Positions 1 to 11,425 of a stretch of 64,000 nucleotides of DNA are shown piece after piece. The DNA comes from Isurus oxyrinchus (taxonomy: Eukaryota). How positions within the stretch are numbered: the stretch's first letter is position 1; each line of letters opens with the position of its first letter. Both the position numbers and the translations under genes were made by a program. Location of the stretch: NCBI GenBank assembly GCA_026770705.1, contig JANJGN010000189.1, positions 558,001-622,000 on the forward strand, written 5' to 3'. The notes under the pieces are model-generated. The model worked only from the letters and a program-made list of their open reading frames with translations. It was not told the origin of the DNA and ran no database searches.

Positions 1-765
1 GAGCAGAAGAGTGTGATAGAGAGAGATTGTGAGTGTTAGAGAGAGAATGTGTGTGTGTGTGAGAGAGAGAGATAGAGCAGAAGAGTGTGATAGAGAGAGA
101 TTGTGAGTGTTAGAGAGAGAAGGTGTGTGTGTGATAGAGAGAGAGATAGAGCAGAAGAGTGCGATAGAGAGAGATTGTGAGTGTTAGAGAGAGAATGTGT
201 GTGTGTGAGAGAGAGATAGAGCAGAAGAGTGTGATAGAGAGAGAGATTGTGAGTGTTAGAGAGAGAATGTGTGTGTGTGTGAGAGAGATAGAGCAGAAGA
301 GTGTGATAGAGAGAGAGATTGTGAGTGTTAGAGAGAGATTGTGTGTGTGTGTGAGAGAGATAGAGCAGAAGAGTGTGATAGAGAGAGATTGTGATTGTTA
401 GAGAGAGAATGTGTGTGTGAGAGAGAGAGAGAGAGATAGAGCAGAAGAGTGCGATAGAGAGAGATTGTGAGTGTTAGAGAGAGAATGTGTGTGTGAGAGA
501 GAGAGAGAGATAGAGCAGAAGAGTGTGATAGAGAAAAATTTCGTGAGTATAAGAGCGAGAATGTGTGTGTGAGAGAGAGAGAGAGAGATAGAGCAGAAGA
601 GTGTGATAGAGAGAGATTGTGAGTGTTAGAGAGAGAACGTGTCTGTGTGTGAGAGAGAGAGATAGAGCAGAAGAGTGTGATAGAGAGAGATTGTGAGTGT
701 TAGAGAGAGAATGTGTGTGTGTGAGAGAGAGAGATAGAGCAGAAAAGTGTGATAGAGATTGTGAG
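1..765. repeat. GA/GT-rich tandem minisatellite, unit about 60-65 bp
   Basis: About 12 copies of gatagagcagaagagtgtgatagagagagattgtgagtgttagagagagaatgtgtgtgt with variable (GA)n/(GT)n lengths. Confidence 0.95.
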
Positions 766-1029
766 GGCTTAACTCACTAAGAGAAAAAGCTGGACACCGA
801 GCAGAGGGAGTGAGGGAACAATGAATTTTTGCTGTGTTTGGTGAATCGGTTTGCGATGTCCCTTCTCAATCTCTCCTTCCTTGTCTTGACATTAGATAAT
901 TCCCTGGGGCTGTTTAATTCCCTGAAAGGTGCCATTTAAACACAAGTTGTTGTTTGAGGAAGAAACACTGGGGACAATTTCTGAAAAAGTCTCTGTCTTT
1001 ATCATTTCCATTTAGATGAGGAACTGAAG

Positions 1030-1075
1030 ATGGGAGAGGTCGGTCTGATATTGATCTTCATCAGCTTGCTGCAAG
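1030..1075 (+). pseudogene. Siglec-like gene A, signal-peptide exon (MGEVGLILIFISLLQ-G)
   Basis: Acceptor tttag at 1011-1015, ATG 1030, hydrophobic leader, phase-1 GT donor at 1076 matching the phase-1 V exon at 1896; resembles the leader of genes B/C (MIGKSYFLLSLLQ). Confidence 0.8.
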
Positions 1076-1221
1076 GTACAAATTCATTACTGATCGGAAC
1101 TCAGGGAATTGGATTCTTTCCTGGAGTGAGGAAGTGAACATTTAATTTTAGAGAACAGGGTTAGTGATCACACAGAGATTGAGTGAATAGCGAGTCAGAG
1201 AATATAGCAAAAGAAAAAGCC

Positions 1222-1305
1222 TCATACGGACTCGAAACACCAACTCTGTTTCTCTCTCCACAGATGCTGTCAGACCTGCTGAGTTTTTCCAGCATTTTCT
1301 GTTTG
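1222..1305 (+). mobile_element. Fragment of Penelope-type palindromic repeat family
   Basis: ggactcgaaac...aactctgtttctctctccacagatgctgtcagacctgctgagtttttccagca is related to the copies at 49152 and 60489. Confidence 0.55.
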
Positions 1306-1399
1306 TGCATCAGAGAGCTTGTTTCAATAGGAATGACAGTGCATTTATATAGCACCTTTAATGCAGTAAAACATCCTTATTGCTTCACAGGATTCCCCC

Positions 1400-1870
1400 A
1401 CAAGGGGTAACATCCCCTCAGCATCCACCCTGTCAAACCCCCCACCACCTCAGAATCTTATATGTTTCAATAAGATCACCTCTCATTCTTCTAAACTCCA
1501 ATGGATACAGGGCCCAACCTGCTCAACATTTCCTCATAAGACAAACCCCCTTCATCCCAGGAATCAGCCCAGTGATCCTCCTCTGAGCTGCCTCCAATGC
1601 AGAGTCTATCCCTCCCTAAGTAAGGAGACCAGAACTGTACACACTGCTCCTGATACAATCTCACCAACGCCCTGTACAGTTGTAGCAAGACTTCCCTCCT
1701 TTTATACTCCACCCCTTTGCAATAAAGGCCAACATTCCACTTGCCTTCCTCATTCCGTGGTGTTCCTGAATGCTGACTTTCTGTGATTCATGTACAAGGA
1801 CACCCAGATCCCTCTGTACCGCATTCTGTAGACTCTCTCCATTGAAGTAATATTCTGCTTTTTGATGTTC
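1400..1870 (-). mobile_element. CR1 LINE ORF2 3' fragment
   Basis: MEYKRREVLLQLYRALVR...CVQFWSPYL is typical of the CR1 RT C-terminal region. Confidence 0.85.
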
Positions 1871-1895
1871 AGTCCCCTCCCTTGTTGCCTTTCAG

Positions 1896-2197
1896 GAGTG
1901 ACGTCAGAGGGATGGTCTATGAAGGCGCTGCCTCGGAGGGCCATCAGCAGCTCTTGTGTGGTTATTCCGTGTAGCTTTGACTTGCCTTCCCACTCTTACA
2001 CAGCACTGCACGGAGCTTGGTATAAATATTGGTATAGATGGAAATATACCATCACATACACCAAAGATCCCAATTATGCGATGGCCACATTCGTGGGACG
2101 TGCTAAAATAATCGGCGACTTGGAAGGGAAGAATTGTTTGGTGAGGATTGACAGTCTCAGAGCTGAAGACAGTGACGTGTATTACACCCAATTCTAA
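1896..2197 (+). pseudogene. Siglec-like gene A, truncated V-set Ig exon
   Basis: Acceptor ttcag at 1891-1895; W..SSCVVIPCSF..GAWY..GDLEGKNCLVRIDSLRAEDSDVYY matches the Siglec V-set pattern; Ig similarity stops at 2185, followed by TQF-stop. Confidence 0.85.
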
Positions 2198-2584
2198 ATC
2201 TTTTCACCAATTAGTCGTCCTCATGAAGATGTGTTTTCAGCTGAAGCCGTGGGTAATAATGAAAAGGTTTAAGTTTAACTCCAGAGTAAGGGCCCAGGGA
2301 GAGTCCATCGCAACCTATACAGTGAAGTGGAAGCAGGTGACTGAGCACTGGGACCTCGGAGACACACTCAATGACATGTTGCGGGGCCGATAGGTTTGTG
2401 TCGTTCACCCCAACGCCATTCAGAGCCGTTTACTCGCAGAAGCCGACATCGATTTGAAGCGCACCATGGAAATAGCGCCAGGCATGGAAAGTGCTGGGAG
2501 AGACTGGCGGGATTTACAGGATGTACAACATGGCGCCAGTCCTCAGCTGGGACAGGAACCAACCACCAGGCGTGAGGCTCAAAC

Positions 2585-2617
<33 letters not shown>

Positions 2618-3290
2618 CCGCCAAGCGAGAGACAGTCTCTGCCGCTCCAGAAACTAAAAGGCTTCGTAGGAGTATTTCAGCAGCAACTCCGAAGTTGGCC
2701 TGTTCTCGATGTGGGGGGCATTGAGCACGTACTGGACACCTGCAGGTTCAAGGGGGCAGAATGCCATCACTGCCACAAGAAAGGGGCGGGTAATAAAGCA
2801 ATGCAGGGTGAAATCGAGACAGCCCATCAGGCAGTGCACCAACATGATGGAAGTGAATAATATCACAGAGCCTGAAGCTGCTGATACCGATGTCTATTCC
2901 CTGTCCAATGTCACAGTGGTAAAAACTGAACCTATAACCATCACAACCCAAGTGAATGGGCAGCCACTAGTAATGGGGCAGATACGGGAGCCTCAGACAC
3001 AGTGGTGGAAGAGCCCACATTTAAACAGCTAAATGAAGGAAACCAGATGCTGAATTTAGAGCCAACAATGGATCAGCTGAAGACACACACTGGAGAATCC
3101 ATACAGGGAAAGGACCTCATCCCAGTACCTGTGTCCTACAGGCAGCAGACAGCCCAGCTTCCAGTGATCATAGCGACAGGTGAGGGCCCTAGTCTTCTGG
3201 GCCGAGACTGGTTCCAGAAAACCAAGCTCAGCTGCTCTGAAATGTTTCACTGGAGGAGTTGCTGAGTTGCTGGGGGAATATGAGAGTGTA
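2186..3290 (+). mobile_element. Degenerate Ty3/Gypsy (Mag-like) LTR retrotransposon gag-protease fragment
   Basis: RFKFNSRVRAQGESIATY...DTLNDMLR (Gag), CSRCGGH knuckle remnant, ADTGAS protease motif near 2980-2997, GEGPSLLGRDWF; frameshifts and stops. Confidence 0.85.
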
Positions 3291-3559
3291 TCTCGGGAAT
3301 GAGTTTGAAGAATTGAAGCATCCTCACAGGCTGCAAGTGTCCCTCAGGTCAGAGTTGGTTCCACTGGAAAATCCTGAAGAGAAAGAAAGCGAATTCTGTG
3401 CCGCTCTGAGCAAACTGAAGAAACAGTTGGCAGGGAAGACCCAACCATGTCCAATGTTCCAGGAGGAAGGCAAGAGATACAAGGAAGAGACTGAAGAGCT
3501 GAAGATTCAGCTGAATGAAACCAAAGAGGCAGTTACAGTATCACAACAAGTTTACAGTG

Positions 3560-4015
3560 CAGAAGGAGGCCATTCAGCCCCTCGAGCCTTTTACACAGGA
3601 ACAGGAGCAAGCCCATTCAGCCACTGACGTCTGTTACACAGGAACGGAAGGAGGCCCATTTAGCTCCTCGAGCCTGTTACACAGGAACTGGAGGAGGCCC
3701 ATTCAGCCCCCTCGAGCCTGTTACACAGGAACAGGAGGAGGCCATTCAGTCCCCTCGAGCCTGTTACACAGGAACAGGAGCAAGCCCATTCAGCCACTGA
3801 TGTCTGTTACACAGGAACGGAAGGAGGCCCATTTAGCTCCTCGAGCCTGTTACACAGGAACTGGAGGAGGCCCATTCAGCCCCCTCGAGCCTGTTACACA
3901 AGAACAGGAGGAGGCCCATTCAGCCCCATTGAGCCTGTTACACGGAAAAAGGTCGAGGCCCATTCAGCCACTGATGCCCGTTACACAGGAACAGGAGGAG
4001 GCCATTCAGCCCCTT
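3560..4015. repeat. About 42-bp minisatellite built from the antisense CR1 3' tail
   Basis: Repeated ggaggcccattcagcccctcgagcctgttacacaggaaca; the core is the reverse complement of the CR1 terminus seen at 6340-6365. Confidence 0.85.
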
Positions 4016-5247
4016 GTAGGGTGTGGTGGTGTGTGTCAGCTTCACCTGCGACTTCTGAGCCGTCTGAATCGCTCCCACTCCCTGGGTTCTAGACCTTGGA
4101 CTTATTCGGGGCTTGTCACAAAGTGCAGCAGACAACTGGTTTTGGTGCAAGACAAAAACTGAGTTTACTGAAGTCACAAATGAACTTCTAACATTAGGAT
4201 GACACTGAGATTATACAGACTTACAAAGTACACTGAGTTAAGAATGGGGAACACACGGCATAACGAGGGAGAATCACGCTACTAATGCCCTTACCCTTGT
4301 CCCACCCCCCATCCCTAACTAAATTGCACTAGGAGAGGTCAGGGGTCACGCTCACCAACCCAGGGTTCCTCGACAGTTGGAAATCCAGCCAGGTAAGCCG
4401 GTTGCAGTTTTGGGGGACGCTCTTTGTGTCCTCTGGGGCCTGTCATCCCCACGTGGTCCTGGTCTGTGGAATCTGTGAAGGGTCTTCAGTTGGGTGGAGG
4501 GCGCGGTTGTGGGTGGTTGATCTTCATGGAGGGCAGCGGTTGTGGCCTTGTTGTCTTCGGTTGAGCCTGCCACCCCGTGCCCCTCACCGTGATGTTGCCT
4601 GTGGGCCTGCAAACCTCCAGATCTCCTTGCTTAAACTCTGCTTCAGCCGCTCCCAACTGCTCACTGCCCTGTGTCAGCTTTCAACACTGCAACCCTTCTG
4701 CTGGCTGGTTTCTCTCCCAACTGACTGCCCAGTTATACTGCCTTTCGAGTTTCTTATCGCAATCCAAATCAAGGTTCGTTCTTTGTTTGTCTTTGGTGGG
4801 CTTCCCCAGGTGATTGATGTCTCGTTGTTGTTAATGGGCTCGCATGATGTTTATCATTGACTTCCTGCCCAGTAACTAGTTTTGAACTGAAAGCCATTGT
4901 ATGTGTGGAGTATTGATGGGTTCGCATAATTAAATTGCCGGCCTCAGAAGTTAGGAGCGATTATTGATGCAAGATTTAGATGGGCTTCAGTTGCGTGTGA
5001 AGTGAAGTCTTTCTCTGGGTTGATTGTATTAAAGGGAAGAATGCGTATTCTGTCTCCTCTCGTTGTCTGGTTTCAGGCCAAACATTCCACACTGCTCTCA
5101 ATAAGCCCGGACATGTGCAGCCCCAGGCCTTCATGGGCCCAGCCTCCTGTCTGCAGGGTTTTCCACTTAACTCAGCAGTTTAAAGGTCCAAAAGTGATAT
5201 CCTTGTTGATGATATGGAAAATGTGGGAATTTTGAGAACCCTTCAAG

Positions 5248-5610
5248 AGATAGGGAGGGTTACAGGGGCTGGAGGAGGTTACAGGTATAGGGAGGGCTGT
5301 AGGGGTTGAAGGTGGTTACAGAGATGGGGAGGGTTGTGGGGGTTGGAGGTGGTTACAGATATAGGGAGGGGTGTAGCGGTTGAAGGTGGTTACAGAGATG
5401 GGGAGGATTGTAGAGGCAGGTGGAGGCTGCCTTAGGGAGGGTTGTAGGGGCTATAGGAAAGGGACAGAGAGAGGAGGTTACAGATATAGGGAGGGAGACA
5501 GTCAGAGAGAGAGCCTCCAGGAGATAGAGAGCGATAGAGAGATTGAGAGACAGACAGAGACTGAGAGAGGGGGAAGAGAGAAGGAGAGTGAGAGAGAGAG
5601 AGAACAAGTG
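5248..5610. repeat. 37-bp L2-derived minisatellite (antisense) followed by GA-rich tract
   Basis: gagatagggagggttgtaggggctggaggaggttaca units. Confidence 0.8.
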
Positions 5611-5794
5611 TGAAAGATGGTGGAAGGGAAGAGTGGGGAGGTGTTGGCCTGATGGTATTTTCACTGGACCCAGCCCAACCTTCTCATCCTGACCTTCCCA
5701 GTGGGGCTGAAGAGGGCAGAGAGGAAACCTTCCTCTGTTATTCTGTTGTCGAATAAACACAACAATTCTGGAACTCTGCCCTTTCTATCTCACG

Positions 5795-6385
5795 GATTAG
5801 AATATAAGGGGGCAGAGGTCATGCTTCAGTCTACATAAAGCCCTGGCTAGACCACACCTGGAGTCACTGTGAGACATTCTGGGCCCCACACCTTAGGAAG
5901 GATATATTGACCTCGGAGGGAGAGCAGTGTCAGTTTACCAGAATGAGACCGGGACTCCAAGGGTTAAATCACAAGGAGAGATTAAACACAAACTCGGCTT
6001 GTATTCCCTGGAAGTTAGAATGTTAAGCAGGAGATTTGATGAAAGTTCGCATGATATTAAGGGGAACAGATCGGGGCCGATAAAGAGAAACCATTTCCCC
6101 TGGTTGGGGGGAGTCTGGGACTTGGGGTCAGAGCCTAAAAAGGAATTAAATTAGGAAGTACAAAGGGTGGGAGAAATTTGGAACTCTCTTCCCCAAACAG
6201 GAACTGATGCACGATCAAGTTGTTCATTTTAAACCTGTGAGACTGATAGATTTTTGTTATCCAAAGGTATTAAAGGAGATGGGACAAAGGCATATGGGGC
6301 TAGTTTGCAGATCAGCCATGAACTCACTGAATGGTGGAGCAGGCTCGAGGGGCCAAATGGCCTCCTCCTACCCTTATGTAATAGA
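5795..6385 (+). mobile_element. CR1 LINE 3' end
   Basis: Degenerate ORF2 end (LGLYSLE..R) and terminal gcaggctcgaggggccaaatggcctcctcc. Confidence 0.85.
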
Positions 6386-6770
6386 AACTTACCTGTCAGA
6401 AGCCAATTTATGTTGATGTGAGTCTGAGTCGATGACTGAACCCAGTTGGTAACTTGTTCCATACAAAGCAAGAACGTTCATGCCCTTCAATGTTCCTGGA
6501 TAAACCATGAACAAAGCTGGTGACAGACAGTCTCCACATGGTAAACACTGACCGATCAACACATGACATGGCTGTTAACCCCTAAACCTCAGCGTAAATC
6601 AGTTCCCCCTCGAGGCCCCTTGTCCGAAATAAAAGCAACGCACAGAATTTGTAAAATAGTAAGTGTCTGGCAGGAAGGAGGAGCAATGAGAGGAGTAAGG
6701 GGTTAGGGGGCGTGCGGTTCACCTGATTTGCCGACATAAGAACCAGCCCCTCTGTTTTTGCTATGTTGTG

Positions 6771-6985
6771 TTGCATCAATATGAACACATATTTGCACAA
6801 GGTGAAGGGCGTTGCGGAGGGACTGATAGTTCTCGGCGCCAGACAGTCAATGTCCCAGTGACCTTACTGCTGGTCCCAGGCCAGTGGGACAGGGAACTTC
6901 GACACTGCAATATCCAGAAATGGGTGTGATACCACACAGCTACCCACCCGCGGCTGTCCCCTTCAAGTGTTTCAGGTATAAGAGC
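6771..6985 (+). promoter_or_regulatory. Hepcidin-type proximal promoter of the duplicated HAMP copy
   Basis: TATAAG 6977-6982, 92 bp before the ATG; GGCGCC 6835-6840 followed by AGAC (BMP-RE/Smad-like); TTGCACAA 6793-6800 and TTGCATCA 6771-6778 (C/EBP-like); GGGAACTTCG 6892-6901 (NF-kB-like). Confidence 0.65.
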
Positions 6986-7068
6986 AGGAAGCTCCTCTAG
7001 TTACAAACCAAAGCATCAAAGCAGAGCCAGAAGATCAGAAGAGACAGGCAGAGATGGGAAGCTCCCAG

Positions 7069-7146
7069 ATGAAATGGCGACTTGTCTTGTTCACTCTGAC
7101 TTTGCTGCTCTCCCTGCAGCTGAGTCACTTCTTCTCCTTGTCGAGG
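7069..7146 (+). CDS. HAMP: Hepcidin duplicate, exon 1 (signal peptide MKWRLVLFTLTLLLSLQLSHFFSLSR)
   Basis: Identical to exon 1 of the intact minus-strand gene (63809-63886); phase-0 donor GTAAGC at 7147. Confidence 0.85.
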
Positions 7147-7309
7147 GTAAGCTAAGAGATGTCCCTCTGGGTGAGGTGTTTCTTGCACATGACTCTACGT
7201 CTACCACCCAGATAGACTGGTCTCTTCTGCAGTTTGATATTATTATGTTCGTGCCTTTAATATTGTCGCCCTCTATGAATTTAACATCATTTCCTTCTGT
7301 CATTTCCCC

Positions 7310-8535
7310 TGAAATTCTCATTCTTGTTTTCAATCCCTCCTCAGCGACTCCCTATCTCTGTAACCTCCACCAGGCCTTACAACCCTCCCTATCTCTGTAA
7401 CCTCCTCCAGCCCCTACACCCCTCCCTATCTCTGTAACCTCCTCCAGCCGTACAACCCTCCCTATCTCTGTAAACTCCTCCAGCCCCTACAACCCTCCCT
7501 ATCTCTGTAACCTCCACCAGGCCTTACAACCCTCCCTATCTCTGTAACCTCCTCCAGCCCCTACACCCCTCCCTATCTCTGTAACCTCCTCCAGCCCCTA
7601 CAACCCTCCCTATCTCTGTAACCTCCTCCAGCCCGTACAACCCTCCCTATCTCTGTAACCTCCTCCAGCCCCTACAACCCTCCCTATCTCTGTAACCTCC
7701 TCCAGCCCCTACAACCCTCCCTATCTCTGTAACATCCTCCAGCCCCTACAACAATCCCTATCTCTGTAACATCCTACAGTCTCTACAACCCTCCCTATCT
7801 CTGTAACCTCCTCCAGTCCCTATAACCCTCCCTATCTCTGTAACCTCCTCCAGACCCGACAACCCTCCCTATCTATGTAACCTCCTACAGTCCCCACAAC
7901 ACTCCCTATCTCTGTAACCTGCTCCAGACCCTACAACCCTCCCTATCTCTGTAAAATCCTCCAGGCCCCACAACCCTCACAATCACTGTAACCTCCTCCA
8001 GCCCCTACAATCCTCCTGAACTCTATAACCTCCTCTCCACACTATAACTCTCCCTATCTCTGTAACCTACTGTGGCCCCTACAGCAGTGTCTATTTTGGT
8101 AACCTCCTCCAGCCTCTACAACCCTCCCTACATCTGTAACCTCCTCCAGCCCCCACAACCACCCCATCTCTGTAACCTCCTACAGCCCCTACACACCTCC
8201 CTACCTCTGTAACCTCCTCCAGCCCCCACAACTCCCCAATCTCTGTAACCTCCTACAGCCTCTACAACCCTCCCTATCTCTGTAACTTCCTACAGCCCTT
8301 ACAACCCTCCCTATCTCTGTAACCTCCTACAGCCTCTACAGCCCTCCCTATTTCTGTAACCTCCTCCAGCCCCAACAACCCTCCCTATCTCTGTAACCTC
8401 CTACAGCCTCTACAACCCTCCCTATCTCTGTAACTTCCTACAGCCCTTACAACCCTCCCTTTCGCTGTAAACTCCTACAGCCTCTACAGCCCTCCCTATC
8501 TCTGTAACCTCCTCCAGCCCCCACAACCCTACCTA
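7310..8535. repeat. 37-bp minisatellite array seeded in an L2 LINE 3' fragment (HAMP intron 1)
   Basis: About 30 copies of ccctatctctgtaacctcctccagcccctacaaccct preceded by L2-like aaattctcattcttgttttcaa. Confidence 0.95.
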
Positions 8536-8544
8536 AATCACTGG

Positions 8545-9180
8545 TCTGAGTCTCACTCCAGGGAATTCAGTCCCATAATGTAGATCAACGCTCCGTGCTG
8601 AGGGAGTGCTGCACTCTCAGAGGGTCAGTAGTGTGGAAGTGTTGCACTATTGGAGGGACAGTACTGAGGGAGTGCTATACTGTCGGAGGTCAGTACTGAG
8701 GGAGTGCTGCTGTGTCGGGTTAGTACTGAAATAGAGCTGCACTGTCGGAGGGTCAGTACTGAGGGAGCGCTGCACTGACGGAGGGACAATACTGTGGGAG
8801 TGCAGCACTATCGAAGGGTTAATACTAAGGGAGTGCTGCAGTGTCAAAGGGTTAGTACTGAGGGAGCGCAGCAATGTTGAATGAGACATTAAACCGAGTC
8901 CCCCGTCTGCCCTCTCGGGCGGGTGTGAAAGATCCCACAGCCACTATTTGGAGGAAGAGCAGGGGGAGATCTCCCCGGTGTCCTGGGACCAATACTTATC
9001 CCTCAACCAACATCACCAAAAACAGATGATCTGGGCCATGATCACATTGCTATTTGTGGGATCTTGCTGTGCACAAATCAGCTGCCACATTTCCTACAGT
9101 GTGAGTGCACTTCAAAAACATCCTTCAGTGGCTGTGAAATGCTTTGGGATGTGGTGAAAGGCGTTAGAGAAATGCAAGTC
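8545..9180 (+). mobile_element. Deu-domain-type SINE with internal 33-bp minisatellite expansion
   Basis: cagtactgagggagtgctgcactgtcggagggt units, then ttaaaccgagtccccc...gtgggatcttgctgtgcacaaat...gaaatgctttgggatg. Confidence 0.7.
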
Positions 9181-9280
9181 TGTCCTCCTCCCCCTCTCTC
9201 TCCTGTACCTCTCTCTCTCTCTCTCCCTCTCCCTCAATCCTCCTCTCACTTTCTCCCTGATAAATTCTTTCTTTTTGCAG

Positions 9281-9337
9281 GTTGACACTGCTTTAGGTTC
9301 TTCGACGATTGAGAAATCTGTGGATTCCCCGGACACG
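9281..9337 (+). CDS. HAMP: Hepcidin duplicate, exon 2 (pro-region VDTALGSSTIEKSVDSPDT)
   Basis: Strong acceptor ctttttgcag, 57 nt, phase 0/0, donor GTAGGT at 9338; same as 61913-61969. Confidence 0.85.
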
Positions 9338-10869
9338 GTAGGTGGAAATTCATTCCTTATTTTAAGGTTTCTCCCTGCTCGTTTCTTCCACAGAAAGTTT
9401 TCTGATTTCAAGCTGATTTCAGTGGCAGTCTGTCTCGGTTATACTCAGGAGGCATGTTTGAAATCGAGCCCCGCCCCAACTTTTTTTTGCAAAGCTCGGA
9501 AGAGACAATTCCAAGGAAGTGAACATATCCCCACAGGAATTTTAAATGTAACCCACGCCGGGAATAGTGAGAGGGAGACTGATCCAGCCTGGGAGTGGGT
9601 TAAAGAGAGGCTGGGAGTCGAGAGTCGGAGAGAGGGATGGAATGGGGGAGGGAGGGATTGGAAGAGAGAGACAGAGAGTGGGACAGGGAGGGGTGAAAGG
9701 GAAAGAACATAGGTGGGAGAGAGTGACAGAGGGAGAAATTAAAGAAGAGATGCAGAGTGAGGGAAAGTGAAAAGAGAAGAGAGATTGTCCAAGAGAGAGA
9801 AATTAACAGGAAAGGGAGAGTTACAGAGTGAGCGAAAGTTACAAAAATAGTGTGAGAGAGAGGGAGAGATACAGAGTGGGAGAAGGAGACAGGGGAGAGA
9901 GAGGGAGAGAGACAGGAAAAGGGAGAGAGGAGAGAAAGATTGGAAGAGAGGGCAATTGAGCGGAAGAGTAGGAGAGAGAGAGACAGGGAGAGGAGGAGTG
10001 GAAGAGAGGAAGAGAGAGAGAGATATGGAGCAGGAGAACACCTCCTCCGGTCCCGATGTTCCTCCAAAATCTCTGACATTACTGCATCTCCCGGGTCCCC
10101 CTGATTCCCATCGCTCCACCATTGGCGGCCGTGCCTTCAGCTGCCTGGGGCCCTGAGCTCCGGAATACCCTCCCTTAACCTCTCTGCCTCTCTCTCTCTC
10201 TCTCCTTTAAGACGCTCCTTAAAAACTGACATCTTTGACCAAGCTTTTGGTCACCTATCCCTAATATCTCCATATGTGACTCAGTGTTAGACTTCTCTCT
10301 GATTTACGCTCCGGTAATGTGGGCTGGGACATTTTGCAATATCAGAGGCGCTGTGTAAATGCAAGTTGTGAGTGTTATGTGGAAGGGAGACCCCAGGCGG
10401 CAGTCAGTGCCAGAGACTGGAGTCATTGTGTGCAGACCGTATCTAATCTCTCCGAATGCACAATCGGTTTGACTGTCAGCCAAAGCACTTTTGATATTTG
10501 ATCCTTCTAACTGTTTATAACCAGGCCTACATCAAACACCGAGAGGCTGGTTAATCAACAGACACCTTAGAGGATCAAGTGAAAGACAAAGAGGACTTGC
10601 ATTTCTCTAGCGCCTTCCAACACATCAGGACGTCCCAAAGTGTTTCGCAGACAATCAAGTGCTTTTTTTCTTTCATGTGAGGTCACTGATGTACTGTGGG
10701 AAAAGAATCAGCCATTGGCGCACAGTAAGATCCCACAGACAGCAGCATGATAATGACCAGCGCGCTCCCAGTACTTGCACTGCAAGTGTCAGTTCAGGAT
10801 GTGTGCTCGATTCTCTGCAACTCTCAGCTCTGAGTTAAAAGGACCACCAGGCATAATTGAGAAATTACC

Positions 10870-11280
10870 GAGCTGTCGGAGGGTCAGTACCGGCGGGGGG
10901 GCAGGACAGTCGGAGGGTCAGTACTGAGGGGGTGCTGCATTGTCAGACGGTCAGTCTTGGAGTGCTGCACTGTCAGAGGGTCAGTACCGGCGGGGGACTG
11001 CACAGTCGGAGGGTCAGTACTGAGGGGGTGCTGCATTGTCAGACGGTCAGTACTGAGGGAGTGCTGCACTGTCAGAGGGTCAGGGCTAAGGGAGTGCTGC
11101 ACTGATGGAGGGTCAGTACTGAGTGAGTGCTGCACTGTCAGAGGGTCAGTGTTATGGGAGTGCTGCACTGTTGGAGGGTCAGTGCTAAGGAAGTGCTGCA
11201 CTGTACAGAGGGAGTGTGAGGTCACTATTGAGGATGTGCTGCACAGTCGGGGGGGTCAGTACTGAGGGAGCACTGCACTG
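10870..11280. repeat. 33-bp SINE-derived minisatellite at the duplication breakpoint
   Basis: gggtcagtactgagggagtgctgcactgtcaga units. Confidence 0.9.
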
Positions 11281-11425
11281 CCATAGGTGGTTTCTTTCAG
11301 ATGACATGAGAGAGAGGGTTAAACCCACTGAGACAAGACTGACACTAATGAGGCTGCTCAATAATTTAACCCTATCAGTGCCAGTAAATAATGTGAGGAT
11401 GTCTTCTGTTTCCATTTCTCTGTAG

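Larger units (their letters stand above)
6955..11075. repeat. Inverted segmental duplication, left copy (pairs with about 59990-64000)
   Basis: Reverse-complement identity along its length (mirrored ORFs 9956/61091, 9739/61125, 7074/63555); 64000 maps to 6955 and the duplication probably extends beyond the window. Confidence 0.95.

Noticed and set aside
3259-3627. Coiled-coil-like ORF
   Set aside because: Lies between decayed Gypsy sequence and a minisatellite, with no splice or motif support
6582-6800. ORF ending LIYAEV as an ITIM-bearing exon
   Set aside because: Wrong strand for the cluster, with no associated TM or Ig exons
7005-7068. Minus-strand hydrophobic stretch LGASHLCLSLLIFWLCF as a leader exon
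   Set aside because: No ATG; it is the antisense of the purine-rich HAMP 5' UTR
7074-7400. ORF MATCLVHSDF... and its mirror at 63555-63881
   Set aside because: Wrong frame; the frame from ATG 7069 gives a signal peptide with the phase needed for hepcidin
9281-9337. Exon first read as a Siglec cytoplasmic exon
   Set aside because: Its mirrored copy lies in frame between the hepcidin signal and mature-peptide exons
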